DNA of 64,000 bases, from the NCBI GenBank assembly GCA_965279515.1, contig CBDIID010000003.1:3136001-3200000 (forward strand), in the 5' to 3' direction. The position numbers were made by a program, and so were the translations under genes. The stretch comes from Turneriella sp. (lineage in GTDB: Bacteria > Spirochaetota > Leptospiria > Turneriellales > Turneriellaceae). This document shows positions 1-9,627 of the stretch, piece after piece (position 1 is the stretch's first letter; each line of letters begins with the position of its first letter). The notes beneath the pieces are model-generated. The model saw only the letters and a list, made by a program, of their open reading frames with translations, searched no databases and had not been told where the DNA came from.

Positions 1-155
1 ACCGGCTCAAATTCGAGGGTGTATGAACCGCCGTCTTCGGTGAACTCATAGGAGTTACCGTTGCCGTCGACGTATTGCAAGATGGGAAGGGCTTTTTCCT
101 GAGCGATGAGCGCTGCCGAAAACAGGCAGCCGGCAAGTAACAAGGTAGATTTCAT
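1..155 (-). CDS. 5' part of a secreted hypothetical protein (runs off window start)
   Basis: Manual translation MKSTLLLAGCLFSAALIAQEKALPILQYVDGNGNSYEF...; signal-peptide-like N-terminus; GGAGG RBS at 164-160. Confidence 0.75.
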   Translation of the reverse strand, partial: MKSTLLLAGCLFSAALIAQEKALPILQYVDGNGNSYEFTEDGGSYTLEFEP

Positions 156-201
156 ATCGCCTCCGTAATATCATAACATTGCCAGCAAAGGCCGTGCCGG
201 G

Positions 202-887
202 TCAAATTCCGGCGGGGTTAAATGATTTGAGGCGCTTCCAAAGCCAGGCGGCGAGCAGTTCCCGGCGGCGGGTGGTTTTGTCATAGGTAATTTCGGCCCC
301 CGCAATGCGGATGAACTCTGCGGGAACCTCCCAGGACAGAGTCAGAAATTCATCGTAAGAGCAGAACGGCGCAAGCTCACTATGCACCCGGGTTAACAGG
401 TGCCGCGCATCGTAAAAGATATGCCCGCTGGCGCAGACCCAGCTCCGGGCCGGTGAATCTTCTGTCAGATTCTGCAGGCTGTATTGAAACCCCAGCGCGG
501 CGCCATGGTCGATCAGCCAGAATTTTTTCTCACGGGTCAGTATGTTGCTGTTCCTGGGCGTCCGGTCGGGGTTTTCCGTCAGCCAGTCGAGCCAAAGAAT
601 TTTCGCGCCATCGGTTTCCGTGATACGGCTGCGGTTCTCCGCATTCACAAGCACAGCGCCCGGTATGTATTCAAAGCCGAGGTTGAGCCCCAGGCCGGTA
701 CTGGTAAGGAGGTTTTTTCCGCGAGCTCGCCGGTTACTACCTCAGCTACAAGCGCCCCGAAACCCTGGCCGCTGCCCGAGAGTTTCGTAATGAACTTTCC
801 GCCATCGGTTTCAATCAGCAGCGGCCACGAGCTGCCGGTTTTCTTAGCGGAGAGAATTTTGCGCGCGGTAAAGGTTTCCAGTTGGAT
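202..887 (-). pseudogene. HipA-like kinase (HipA_2 type), frameshifted with internal deletion
   Basis: One frame (887 to ~695) reads TGSSWPLLIETDGGKFITKLSGSGQGFGALVAEVVTGELAEKTSLPVP; a different frame (~693 to 202) reads GLNLGFEYIPGA...DRTPRNSNIL...WLIDHGAAL. Confidence 0.7.
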
Positions 888-1319
888 CTAAAAAGGAAGG
901 CGCTTGATTTTCTTTTTTGCCAAGTAGGGCGAATCCGGATTGACATCGATGGTCTGCTCTTTGGGCACCAGAATAACATCCAGGTCTTCCATGGGTATCG
1001 CACCCAGAAGAACTTCTGAGTCTCCAGGCAACACGGCTGCATTACAACTTGTGGTACGGTTCTTGAAGTTAATCATAACCGGACCTACAACTTCTACTTT
1101 TTTTCGCGTTCCGTCGGCCAACTCTGCTTCAGCGGTAGATACGAACGGGAGATCGAGCTGGGTTTTCAGATGTTCATTAATGCAAAGCATATAGGCGCCG
1201 CTATCTACCAACGCGCGCACTGTCTCCCTCCGGATTTCCTCTGTCTTGAGGTATCCTCGTCGTACTAATGCCAAATCACTCGGATTAACTAACTCGATTT
1301 CGGCATAAATCAATCCCAT
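888..1319 (-). CDS. Clan AA aspartic protease (retropepsin-like)
   Basis: ALVDSGAYML catalytic motif and LLGAIPMEDLD motif; start MGLIY at 1319 with GAGG RBS. Confidence 0.85.
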   Translation of the reverse strand: MGLIYAEIELVNPSDLALVRRGYLKTEEIRRETVRALVDSGAYMLCINEHLKTQLDLPFVSTAEAELADGTRKKVEVVGPVMINFKNRTTSCNAAVLPGDSEVLLGAIPMEDLDVILVPKEQTIDVNPDSPYLAKKKIKRLPF

Positions 1320-1329
1320 GTTTTTTCCC

Positions 1330-1740
1330 TCAATCCGGATATTTAAATGAAACATCTTGCATCACATCCGGCGACAAACTCTTCGCCACGGGACAAGCCA
1401 GCGCCGCGTTCTCGAGCCTCACCCGCATATCCGCGGCGATACCTGCACAGAAATCAATCCGCACCACGATACGCTCGATCTTACGGATGCCGGCCGTCGT
1501 CATGTGTTTCTCGGCGTACGCGGTCGAGCCGTCGAGCTTCACCTGGTGGCGCTCGGCGAAGATTGCCATTGTCGTGAGCTTACATGCGGCGAGCGCTGTG
1601 ACAACGAGGTCGGTCGGCGAGAATGATTCGCCGCGGCCCATGTTGTCGGTGGGGGCGTCGGTCGTGAGGGTTACGCCGCTGGGGCCATGCTTCGCGACGC
1701 AGCGCAGGCCGCCTTCGTAGTTTAAGCTCTGTGCGACCAT
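1330..1740 (-). CDS. OsmC family protein
   Basis: TDAPTDNMGRGESFSPTDL..ALAAC and ACPVAKSL cysteine motifs. Confidence 0.9.
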   Translation of the reverse strand: MVAQSLNYEGGLRCVAKHGPSGVTLTTDAPTDNMGRGESFSPTDLVVTALAACKLTTMAIFAERHQVKLDGSTAYAEKHMTTAGIRKIERIVVRIDFCAGIAADMRVRLENAALACPVAKSLSPDVMQDVSFKYPD

Positions 1741-1813
1741 ATTGCATGGTTCGGCGTCCCTCACCATGCGTCAACTTTTCGCCGGGAGCGCAGATATGTT
1801 TTAGATTGTTGCC

Positions 1814-2671
1814 ATGGCGCATGTGATTCAGGGAAAACTCAAAGATCTGGGGGATGGTTTTACTGTTCTGCGCATTCTGCCGCACATCGACGCACGCGCG
1901 ATCGGGCCTTTTGTGTTCGTCGATCATTTTGGCCCCGCGCCGATCAAAACCGGCCACGAACTTTCCGTGCGCCCGCACCCGCACATTGGCCTGGCCACGG
2001 TCACCTATCTCTACGACGGCCTGATTCTGCACAAAGATTCGATCGGCAGCGAAGAGCTGATCCGCCCCGGCGAGGTGAACTGGATGACCGCGGGCCGTGG
2101 CATTGTGCACAGCGAGCATTCACGCATCGACGACGTGCAAAAACAGATCGAGGGCATACAGACCTGGGTCGCCCTACCGCTGGAGCATGAAGAGCATGAA
2201 CCCGCCTTCGAGCACTATGGCGCGGATGTACTGCCGGAGACCAAGGGTTCGGGCTGGATCTTGCGGCTTGTCGCCGGGACGCTTATGGGTAAAACCTCGC
2301 CCGTCAAAATTCTCTCCCCGCTCTTTTATGCCGACTTAGAACTTACGGCCGGTGCGACGGCCGACCTGGAATTTCCTGCGGGACAACAGGCGGCGCTTTA
2401 CGTCGCGCGCGGTAACGTCACGGCTGCGGGTGAAAAGGCCGGCGTGGGGCAGATGATTGTTTTTGCCGATGGCGAGAAGGTCGCTGTCCACGCACCAGCG
2501 GCAGCGCGTGTGGTGCTGCTGGGTGGTGAGCGCCTCAAAGAGCCGCGCCATCTGTGGTGGAATTTTGTTTCGACTTCAAAAGAGCGGCTTGAAAAGGCCA
2601 AAGCCGACTGGAAGGCCAATGCCATGGGCCTCGTCGCCGGTGAAAGCGACCGCATTCCTTTGCCCGAATAA
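1814..2671 (+). CDS. Pirin family protein
   Basis: GPFVFVDHFGP, PHPHIGLATVTY, NWMTAGRGIVHSE motifs. Confidence 0.95.
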   Translation: MAHVIQGKLKDLGDGFTVLRILPHIDARAIGPFVFVDHFGPAPIKTGHELSVRPHPHIGLATVTYLYDGLILHKDSIGSEELIRPGEVNWMTAGRGIVHSEHSRIDDVQKQIEGIQTWVALPLEHEEHEPAFEHYGADVLPETKGSGWILRLVAGTLMGKTSPVKILSPLFYADLELTAGATADLEFPAGQQAALYVARGNVTAAGEKAGVGQMIVFADGEKVAVHAPAAARVVLLGGERLKEPRHLWWNFVSTSKERLEKAKADWKANAMGLVAGESDRIPLPE

Positions 2672-2679
2672 CCGCAGCT

Positions 2680-3054
2680 TCAGGTTTCTGAACTGAGCGC
2701 TTTCAGGTTTTCTTTCAAAGCCGCAATCAGCGCTGACCGCGAATCTTCGAAAGAGGGGATCGTATACCCAACCTGGGGTATATCTGTAAGTTTTACCAAT
2801 TCAGGATGCAGCTTGAGAAGCCCGAGCGAACCCTTCAGGCGCTGCATCTTCACATAGACCTGGACCATGATGCCGATCGCCATGGAATCGATAATCGATA
2901 CGCTATCCATGTCGAGCACGAGCGAATGCGAGCCATCGTGGAACATTTGGTCTATTTCAGTATAAATCGCCTGTGCGTTACGGAAGGTGAATTCTTTTTC
3001 GATCAAAGAAGCGAAAACAACGCCGTTTTTCTTTTCGGTTTGCACAACATACAT
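2680..3054 (-). CDS. STAS-domain anti-sigma factor antagonist
   Basis: LVLDMDSVSIIDSMAIG motif, 124 aa. Confidence 0.8.
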   Translation of the reverse strand: MYVVQTEKKNGVVFASLIEKEFTFRNAQAIYTEIDQMFHDGSHSLVLDMDSVSIIDSMAIGIMVQVYVKMQRLKGSLGLLKLHPELVKLTDIPQVGYTIPSFEDSRSALIAALKENLKALSSET

Positions 3055-3136
3055 GTAGCCACCCCTAACTTATATATGAGTTAAGGAATTCAAACACCGC
3101 TTCAATAAAATTTTTGACGGGTTTGGTGCAGCGAAA

Positions 3137-3180
3137 CAAAAGCCGGCTCGCGGCGCCGAAAGGCACCGCGCGGTCCGGCT
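3137..3180 (-). terminator. Rho-independent terminator after lipoprotein gene
   Basis: Minus strand AGCCGG..CGCGGTGCC-loop-GGCGCCGCG..CCGGCT followed by TTTGTTT, directly after the stop at 3182. Confidence 0.7.
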
Positions 3181-3181
3181 G

Positions 3182-4555
3182 TTACTTCTTCGCGAGCGAG
3201 CCGACTAATTTGCCGACGGTGACGAAGTCACCCGAGATCGGCATGTAAGAGCCATCGAACTTTTTATAATTACCCTGAATTGCCTGTCCGATGACGCCGG
3301 TCACACGGCCCGTGCCGTTCGGGTCAATACCAGCCCAGTTGGATGAAGCAACCAGTCCTTCATAGCCAATCAGCGACGGTTCGTTAATATTAAAGAGGGT
3401 GCGGCCAAAAGCTTCGACGGTGAAGTGTGCGCCGGCTTCAAAGCCCAGCCAGACATCCCAGCGTTTCAACTGGTTCAATGTGGTATCCCATTGGACATTA
3501 AAGTGGGTATAGACATAGAGGTTCGCACCAGGGCCTGCAACACCGTAGAACAGGAATGTAGCTTCGGGGCCTGCATAGACCATCGCGTCGATCGATCCTG
3601 AAAATACCGGAGGAACGAGGTTGTACGTGCTCGTTTTTGTTTTGATAGGGGTCCATTTTTTGTTCGCGTAGGAGATCCCCGCGGTGGCGGAGGCTGCGTA
3701 CTGTACCGAGGTGGTCAGGCTGGCGCTGATCTTGCCGTCGACGCCGAGAACAATCTTGATGCGTGGTACGACGATCACGGGTACAAAGCCGATCACAAAG
3801 GTAATCGGCTGCAGGTTGAAGGTAGTCAGCGTCACCTGCGCGCGCGAAATATCAAACGTTGCACCAGACAGGTTTGCATCGATTTTGGTTACGACTGAAG
3901 GACTTACAGAAAATTCGGCGTTTTTCAGCTCGAACATCTTGATCTTCATGTTCATGACGAATTTCAGATCGAGACCCACGCAGCCGTTGATGGTGCCGGC
4001 GTTCTGGATATTGAGGTTATTAAAAGCGATATACCATTTCTTGGACTTGCACTCAGGGATTGCGTTCGCGGGTTGTGTTGTACCGTAGACAACGACACCT
4101 GGCTGAGGCACGATCGTCTCGACTTTTCCGTTGAGCGGATTATACGTGGCGCCCTGCAGCAGGCTGTTATCGCCCGCGGGGTTCAAGGTGCCTTGTGCTG
4201 TTGCCTCACCATCGACAACGGCTTCGGTAATCGAAACAGGTGCGGTTTGGATTGTTGTGGTGCCCGCTTTTTCTTCAATCGCCGTGACCTTCTTTAAGAA
4301 GCCTTGCGGAGAGGCTGCGTTGATATCAGAGACGATGATATCTCCGGCCTGAACTTTTTTGAGTTCTTCAGAAGTTTTGCTGAATTGCACTGTGGTCGCA
4401 TCGGGTGCGACGATATACTTGGCTTCGACGGGTGTCAGGTCGCGCACGTTGTCGGCGCGCCGGCTGCCGACATAGTCGTCAGCGCCGTTTTCCAGCGCGC
4501 AGCCCATGGTAAATGCGGAGGCAGTTGCCAGTATAAGATGGAGTGCTTTTTTCAT
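3182..4555 (-). CDS. Hypothetical beta-rich lipoprotein
   Basis: 457-aa ORF; MKK + hydrophobic stretch + TMGC lipobox. Confidence 0.8.
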   Translation of the reverse strand: MKKALHLILATASAFTMGCALENGADDYVGSRRADNVRDLTPVEAKYIVAPDATTVQFSKTSEELKKVQAGDIIVSDINAASPQGFLKKVTAIEEKAGTTTIQTAPVSITEAVVDGEATAQGTLNPAGDNSLLQGATYNPLNGKVETIVPQPGVVVYGTTQPANAIPECKSKKWYIAFNNLNIQNAGTINGCVGLDLKFVMNMKIKMFELKNAEFSVSPSVVTKIDANLSGATFDISRAQVTLTTFNLQPITFVIGFVPVIVVPRIKIVLGVDGKISASLTTSVQYAASATAGISYANKKWTPIKTKTSTYNLVPPVFSGSIDAMVYAGPEATFLFYGVAGPGANLYVYTHFNVQWDTTLNQLKRWDVWLGFEAGAHFTVEAFGRTLFNINEPSLIGYEGLVASSNWAGIDPNGTGRVTGVIGQAIQGNYKKFDGSYMPISGDFVTVGKLVGSLAKK

Positions 4556-4671
4556 GTGTTTATAGTTCCCTTGCGAATAAGATCGATTTATATTAATGGG
4601 GAAACAGCCACCGGTCAGGCCAAAAAAATGACAGAACAGTAAACTATTGTTTTGTTTTTAGTTTATGGTTT

Positions 4672-5514
4672 TCAGTCAAACGCATAACCCAGTGTCAAGG
4701 TGCCATTGATCTCTTGAAAAAATGGGCTGGGGTTGGTGTTCGTCCAAACCTGGGTTGCGCCGAACAAATAGGATAATTGATAATAAAAAATTACTCTGAT
4801 GGGTATGTTGGTCCAGCGTAGAAGAGTGGCTCCGGCGCCTGCGCGCAATGCAGGCCCATGGATAAACGTGCCAGGTACGTCGCTGATGAGGGTTTTTCCA
4901 GCCGGAGAACCGTAGCGGGAGATGACATCGTTGTAACCGGCAAAGGGGTAATACGTACCCACTTGATACCCTAGCTGACCGATTAAGTCCAGCGACCAAC
5001 CATCTCGCCCTGGATAGAAATGGAGTTCTCTGCCTGCGAAAAGCACGTGTGTCTCAGAGATACGGGCTTGAGCCAGATCTGCGTAGTCTGAATTATCGGT
5101 ACGACTGCAGCCATAACGGCCACAGCCCGTTGATCTGGAAGTACCTGCAGTCAATCTTTGGTGCATATCCTGGTACAGATAAGTGACAATCGTCGACCAC
5201 CGCCAGGAAGAATATTGCTGATAGCCAATACCGATTTTGACGATGCCGGTAGATGCCGTCGCATTATATTGGTTACCATTAGGCACTGTTGCAATAACAC
5301 CTATGCTTTCTAAATTCCTGTTTTCCGCAGCGTAAATGCCACCCCAGATCATACCGAAACCCGCTTCTAAAAAAATGGTCTTATCGGGAAAATTTGGCCT
5401 CGTATCAGGAAATGTTATAGGCTCCGCTTCCTCCGGCCTATTGCCGGATCGTGCTGCATGAAGTTTGATGCCAATAAAAAACAGGATCAGCAAAGAAGCA
5501 GATATGCCCCGCAC
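4672..5514 (-). CDS. Hypothetical exported, possibly outer-membrane beta-barrel protein
   Basis: Signal peptide, alternating aromatic strands, C-terminal TLTLGYAFD. Confidence 0.65.
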   Translation of the reverse strand: MRGISASLLILFFIGIKLHAARSGNRPEEAEPITFPDTRPNFPDKTIFLEAGFGMIWGGIYAAENRNLESIGVIATVPNGNQYNATASTGIVKIGIGYQQYSSWRWSTIVTYLYQDMHQRLTAGTSRSTGCGRYGCSRTDNSDYADLAQARISETHVLFAGRELHFYPGRDGWSLDLIGQLGYQVGTYYPFAGYNDVISRYGSPAGKTLISDVPGTFIHGPALRAGAGATLLRWTNIPIRVIFYYQLSYLFGATQVWTNTNPSPFFQEINGTLTLGYAFD

Positions 5515-5589
5515 GCAGGAGTTGAACGGGAAGCGTTTATGGCGTAAATTGGAAATTTTTAGACGGGGTAATGGGCCTCCAAAGCCGTC

Positions 5590-6762
5590 TTACAGTTTCC
5601 GCAGCCAGCCCAGCCGGTCTTTGAGCATCGCCTGGTCGATCTGCGCCTGAGCGTCTTTGATAACTTTTTTATCGAGGGAAGTGGCGATCTTCTCGGCACG
5701 GGGAATTTCAGTTTCAGGCAGTAGTGCCAAGAGGCGCAGGCCAAAAGGTATCAGATTTTCTGAATGCGCCGTGAGGATAACCCTCTTTAACAATTCATCG
5801 TCAAAGCGGTGTGACATCGCCGCCAGGCGCTCAACGTCGCGCTCTGCAAGGTTGTCCGCGATTCTGAGCGCTGTCGGCAGCTGGCCCGATTCTTCGGCGG
5901 CATGAATGAGCTTGGCCAGCGCTTCGGAGTCGAGTTTCGCACAGATCGTCGCCATGTGCGCGTACATTTCGGGCGAAAGATGTTTCAGAAAGGCGAAGAT
6001 GTGCACCAGTGCACCATGCTCGATCGCAAAGGGAACCATCCCCAAGAGCGCATCGACTGAGACGCGGCCGACAAGACCTGCGAGACGCTTGTGCTGCGCT
6101 TCGGTGAAGTAGGCGAGAAGGCCGATCACCGACGGCCAGAGATCTTTGCGCTGCGCAGTCTCGACCATATCGATGATCTTTTCGTCCGAGTAGCCGTCAG
6201 TGAGTGTGGCGACGTGCGCCTTGTTCTGCGTATAGAGCGCCACGCGCAGCAATGATTCCGTGTCGGGGATCTCCCTGGAGAGCGCGAGAATCTTATCCTT
6301 GTCCATGTAATCCACGAACGCGCCCATCGTGAAAAACTTTTTGTCGCGCGTGAGAATACGCGTGAGCCCCACGAGTACATCCATCGGAAACGCCGCGATG
6401 ATGTGCTGCGCACGCGCGGGCACGAGGTTCTCGGCGACCTGGGCGAGAAATTCAATGTTGAGACTCTTCGCGATCGAGACAGCCTGTTTCACATCGACGT
6501 GGTAGGTGAGGTTGGCTGTGATATTGGGGCCGAGCAGAGATTTTGCCACCTGCGCATTGATGAAGTTGGGCATGAATTTCGCGACGCCGGCGAGCTTGCC
6601 CCAGACATCCGATGAATCGGTCAGCAGGCGATCGGAGATCGAATTATTGAGACTGCGGAAATCATCGAGCGACAGGTTCTTGAGGAATTGAATCTTGTCG
6701 GGTGTGATCTTTAGAACATGCGAGAGCTTCTCGATTTCGGTCATCATATCCAGATCGTTCAT
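5590..6762 (-). CDS. Hypothetical all-alpha repeat protein
   Basis: ~390-aa ORF of amphipathic helices with repeated AxxxxLxPxxLxL units; start MNDLD. Confidence 0.75.
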   Translation of the reverse strand: MNDLDMMTEIEKLSHVLKITPDKIQFLKNLSLDDFRSLNNSISDRLLTDSSDVWGKLAGVAKFMPNFINAQVAKSLLGPNITANLTYHVDVKQAVSIAKSLNIEFLAQVAENLVPARAQHIIAAFPMDVLVGLTRILTRDKKFFTMGAFVDYMDKDKILALSREIPDTESLLRVALYTQNKAHVATLTDGYSDEKIIDMVETAQRKDLWPSVIGLLAYFTEAQHKRLAGLVGRVSVDALLGMVPFAIEHGALVHIFAFLKHLSPEMYAHMATICAKLDSEALAKLIHAAEESGQLPTALRIADNLAERDVERLAAMSHRFDDELLKRVILTAHSENLIPFGLRLLALLPETEIPRAEKIATSLDKKVIKDAQAQIDQAMLKDRLGWLRKL

Positions 6763-6807
6763 AATTGAACCAGTGTTCAACTTTATGGCGTTTTGGCCAG
6801 CGCAAAT

Positions 6808-8427
6808 TTATTGGGGTGAACCGAGCGCTGTACTTATTTTTTGCAGGAGCGCATTCAGGGAAAACGGCTTTTCCAGAAAGTGCGTATCATTCTGCGAAAT
6901 TCCGTAGTTCGTCAGGCTCTCGGGGGCATAGCCTGAAACATAGAGAACGCGCAGTTCTTTGTGATGCATACGGGCCTTCGTGACAAGGTTACTGCCGGTC
7001 ATTTCGGGCATGACGACATCGGTGATGAGCAGGTCAGGTTTAAATTTTCCGCTCTCCAGTATTTCAAGGGCCAGCACGCCGTTGGCTGCGGTCATCACTT
7101 CGTAACCCCGTAGCTGCAGCGTGGACTGCATTAGCTTACGCAGCGCATCCTGATCTTCGGCAATGAGAATTCTTGCCGTACCCCTTTCCGGATGCATTTC
7201 GAGAGCTGGTTCATCGGCCGATGTCAGTGCTTCGTCGATCACCGGCAAATAGACTTTAAAGGTCGTGCCTTTGCCCTGTTCGCTGTAACACCAAAGTGTA
7301 CCCGCGCATTGACTGACAATTCCGAACACCGTTGCCAGCCCCAATCCGGTGCCCTTGCCGGTTGCCTTGGTGGTGAAAAAGGGTTCGAAAATACGCGCCT
7401 GTGTTTCAGCACTCATACCCATGCCCGTATCACGCACGGACAACATCACATATTCACCCGGCGATGTTTTGGGGTTTCCCGCCGCCATCATTTTATCGAG
7501 GGTCGCATTTCCGGTTTCAACGGTAATCGATCCACCCGAGGGCATGGCATCGCGGGCGTTGACGACCAGATTGAGGAGAATTTGTTCGATTTGTCCTGAG
7601 TCAGCCAGAATATTACGCAGCGGGGAGTGCAGCTCAGTGACAAATTCGATATCCGCGGGCAGAAGCCGGCGCAGCATCGGCTCGATGTTCATCATCAGCG
7701 CGTTGAGATCCAGAATCTTCGGTTGCAGCACCTGGCGCCGGCTGAAAGCCAGAAGTTGCCGGGTCATCGTCGCTGCCCGCTGCGCCGTCTCGAGAATCTG
7801 CCGTATGGCTTCGCTGGTTTCAGGTGCAATATGCTGGTCGGAGATCGCCATTTCGCCATTAAGCAGAATGACTGCGAGCATGTTGTTGAAGTCGTGCGCA
7901 ACACCGCCAGCGAGTTGCCCCATCGCCTCCATGCGTTGTGCCTGCCGCATTTTTTCTGTTTGCTCGGCATCGGACTGCAGGCGTGTCATGGTTTGCTGTT
8001 GCACCAGCCCCGCGTTTTTGAGTTTTACGAATTCTGTAACGTCTTCTGCCTTGTGGATGATGTAGAGTACTTCCCCGGTCTCGCTGAGGACAGGCAAATT
8101 GACCGGGGCCCAATAACGTTCTTCAAATCCGCCGCCTTCAGAATCGGGCCTGCGGATGTCATACTTTTGGATAGCCATGACATCGGGTTTCTTATGCGCC
8201 AGAACCCGCATGAGCGAGGCGCGCAGGTTACCGGTTCCGGTAGCCTCGTCGTCGTCAGGGTTATCGGGAAAAACTTCGAAAATGCCTTTGCCGAGAATTT
8301 CGTCGCGTTGCGTTTTTGTCGCGGCGGCATATGCATCTGTGACAGCAATGATCCCCAGATCAGGAGATAGAATCATGAACAGCCCGGGCAAGGCTTCAAA
8401 AATTTTCTGAAAATCCGATGCCGGCAT
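6808..8427 (-). CDS. PAS-domain hybrid sensor histidine kinase/response regulator
   Basis: [10 protein letters not shown]-box, NLVVNARDAM, EPFFTTK, GTGLGL, receiver LLITDVVMP. Confidence 0.95.
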   Translation of the reverse strand: MPASDFQKIFEALPGLFMILSPDLGIIAVTDAYAAATKTQRDEILGKGIFEVFPDNPDDDEATGTGNLRASLMRVLAHKKPDVMAIQKYDIRRPDSEGGGFEERYWAPVNLPVLSETGEVLYIIHKAEDVTEFVKLKNAGLVQQQTMTRLQSDAEQTEKMRQAQRMEAMGQLAGGVAHDFNNMLAVILLNGEMAISDQHIAPETSEAIRQILETAQRAATMTRQLLAFSRRQVLQPKILDLNALMMNIEPMLRRLLPADIEFVTELHSPLRNILADSGQIEQILLNLVVNARDAMPSGGSITVETGNATLDKMMAAGNPKTSPGEYVMLSVRDTGMGMSAETQARIFEPFFTTKATGKGTGLGLATVFGIVSQCAGTLWCYSEQGKGTTFKVYLPVIDEALTSADEPALEMHPERGTARILIAEDQDALRKLMQSTLQLRGYEVMTAANGVLALEILESGKFKPDLLITDVVMPEMTGSNLVTKARMHHKELRVLYVSGYAPESLTNYGISQNDTHFLEKPFSLNALLQKISTALGSPQ

Positions 8428-8502
8428 GGTCAGTACCAGTACAATGCTGACACCCGCCTGTTACCGCGTCAATTTAATCTCAGGGAATCCCCTGCGCGAT
8501 CA

Positions 8503-9444
8503 CTAACGCCTACCGCCGTGACCACCATGCCCGCCGTGATGGCCGCTGTTATGCCCGCCCTGCCCGCCATGGTGCCCGCGGCCGCCGTTGCCATGTCCTT
8601 GTTGTGTATGAGCTTGCCGGCCATGGAACCTCTCGCCGCTGCCCTGCCGGCGCGCATGCCTTTCGCCTGTGCGCGTGTGGTAGCGGTTGCGCATGCTTAC
8701 CCGCTGCACCTGCGCGTGACCGCGGGCATGCTGTAGGGCATCGCGCCTGAACTGCTGCTGGTGGCTCTGCGGCAGCGTATTGCTCCGCCGCATGGCATCG
8801 ACGCGTTCGCGCCACTGGCCGAGCTGCTGTTGTTGCGCCGCGGAGAGGTTATTGTAATAGCGCTCGAGATAGGGTTGGCGCGCGCAGAGAATATTCCATT
8901 CGCCGGGCGAACTGGTGACATAGAGATATACGGGCGGCTGTGTCTGCACACTGTCGACGAGCCAGCGCTTGGTATAATAGTCGGGGTCGTTCGGAGCTGC
9001 AGCTGCCGCGTCGGCAGTGAAAATCTGCGCGGCGATGAGCTCTTCTGTTTTGGCATTCAGCAGCCTCAGTTCCAGGCCCGATTCGCGGTAGATGCCGAAA
9101 AGCAAGCTATCCGCTCCGATGAGTTGGCCGGCCGGCACCATCGTCTTGTCGTCGACGATGCCGGTTTGTTCAAACGCCTGCTCTTCGAGAATATCTTCTT
9201 CTTTAGATTTATCAATGATCGTTACAGAGGGGCAAGATGCGAGCGCAGAAAGGAACAGCGTTGCCTCAGACCCGCTCTTGTCGGTTTCCTCTCCGTCGGC
9301 ATCCGTGAAAGCAAAGACGGCGAGGCGGTTCAGGTTGCTCTTCTTCTCGGCTTCGCAGATGAAATCCACAGCTCTTTGCTGCGTCGTTTCGGCAAATACT
9401 GCCGTCGCAGATAATAATAGAATCAGGCATGCCCAATATTGCAT
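8503..9444 (-). CDS. Exported CsgG/HfaB/FlgO-like domain protein with His/Gly-rich tail
   Basis: Signal peptide; LAVFAF...ILEEQAFEQTGIVD..AGQLIGADSLLFG; HGG-rich C-terminus. Confidence 0.75.
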   Translation of the reverse strand: MQYWACLILLLSATAVFAETTQQRAVDFICEAEKKSNLNRLAVFAFTDADGEETDKSGSEATLFLSALASCPSVTIIDKSKEEDILEEQAFEQTGIVDDKTMVPAGQLIGADSLLFGIYRESGLELRLLNAKTEELIAAQIFTADAAAAAPNDPDYYTKRWLVDSVQTQPPVYLYVTSSPGEWNILCARQPYLERYYNNLSAAQQQQLGQWRERVDAMRRSNTLPQSHQQQFRRDALQHARGHAQVQRVSMRNRYHTRTGERHARRQGSGERFHGRQAHTQQGHGNGGRGHHGGQGGHNSGHHGGHGGHGGRR

Positions 9445-9627
9445 AAGGCCTCCGTTTCAACACTATCCTGTATATCTGACCCCGGATATCCGAATTCGTT
9501 CCGGCCGGGCACAAAAAAATGGCGTTCGCAAGGCGACTCAGCCGTATAGTTTGCTCCATGGGGCTTTGCTTGACAAACGGCGTGAATACTTTCTGGTGGG
9601 TGAATGCTCGTGTCTCACACGGGATTG

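Noticed and set aside
484..891. 135-aa plus-strand ORF
   Set aside because: Antisense to the frameshifted HipA-like kinase.
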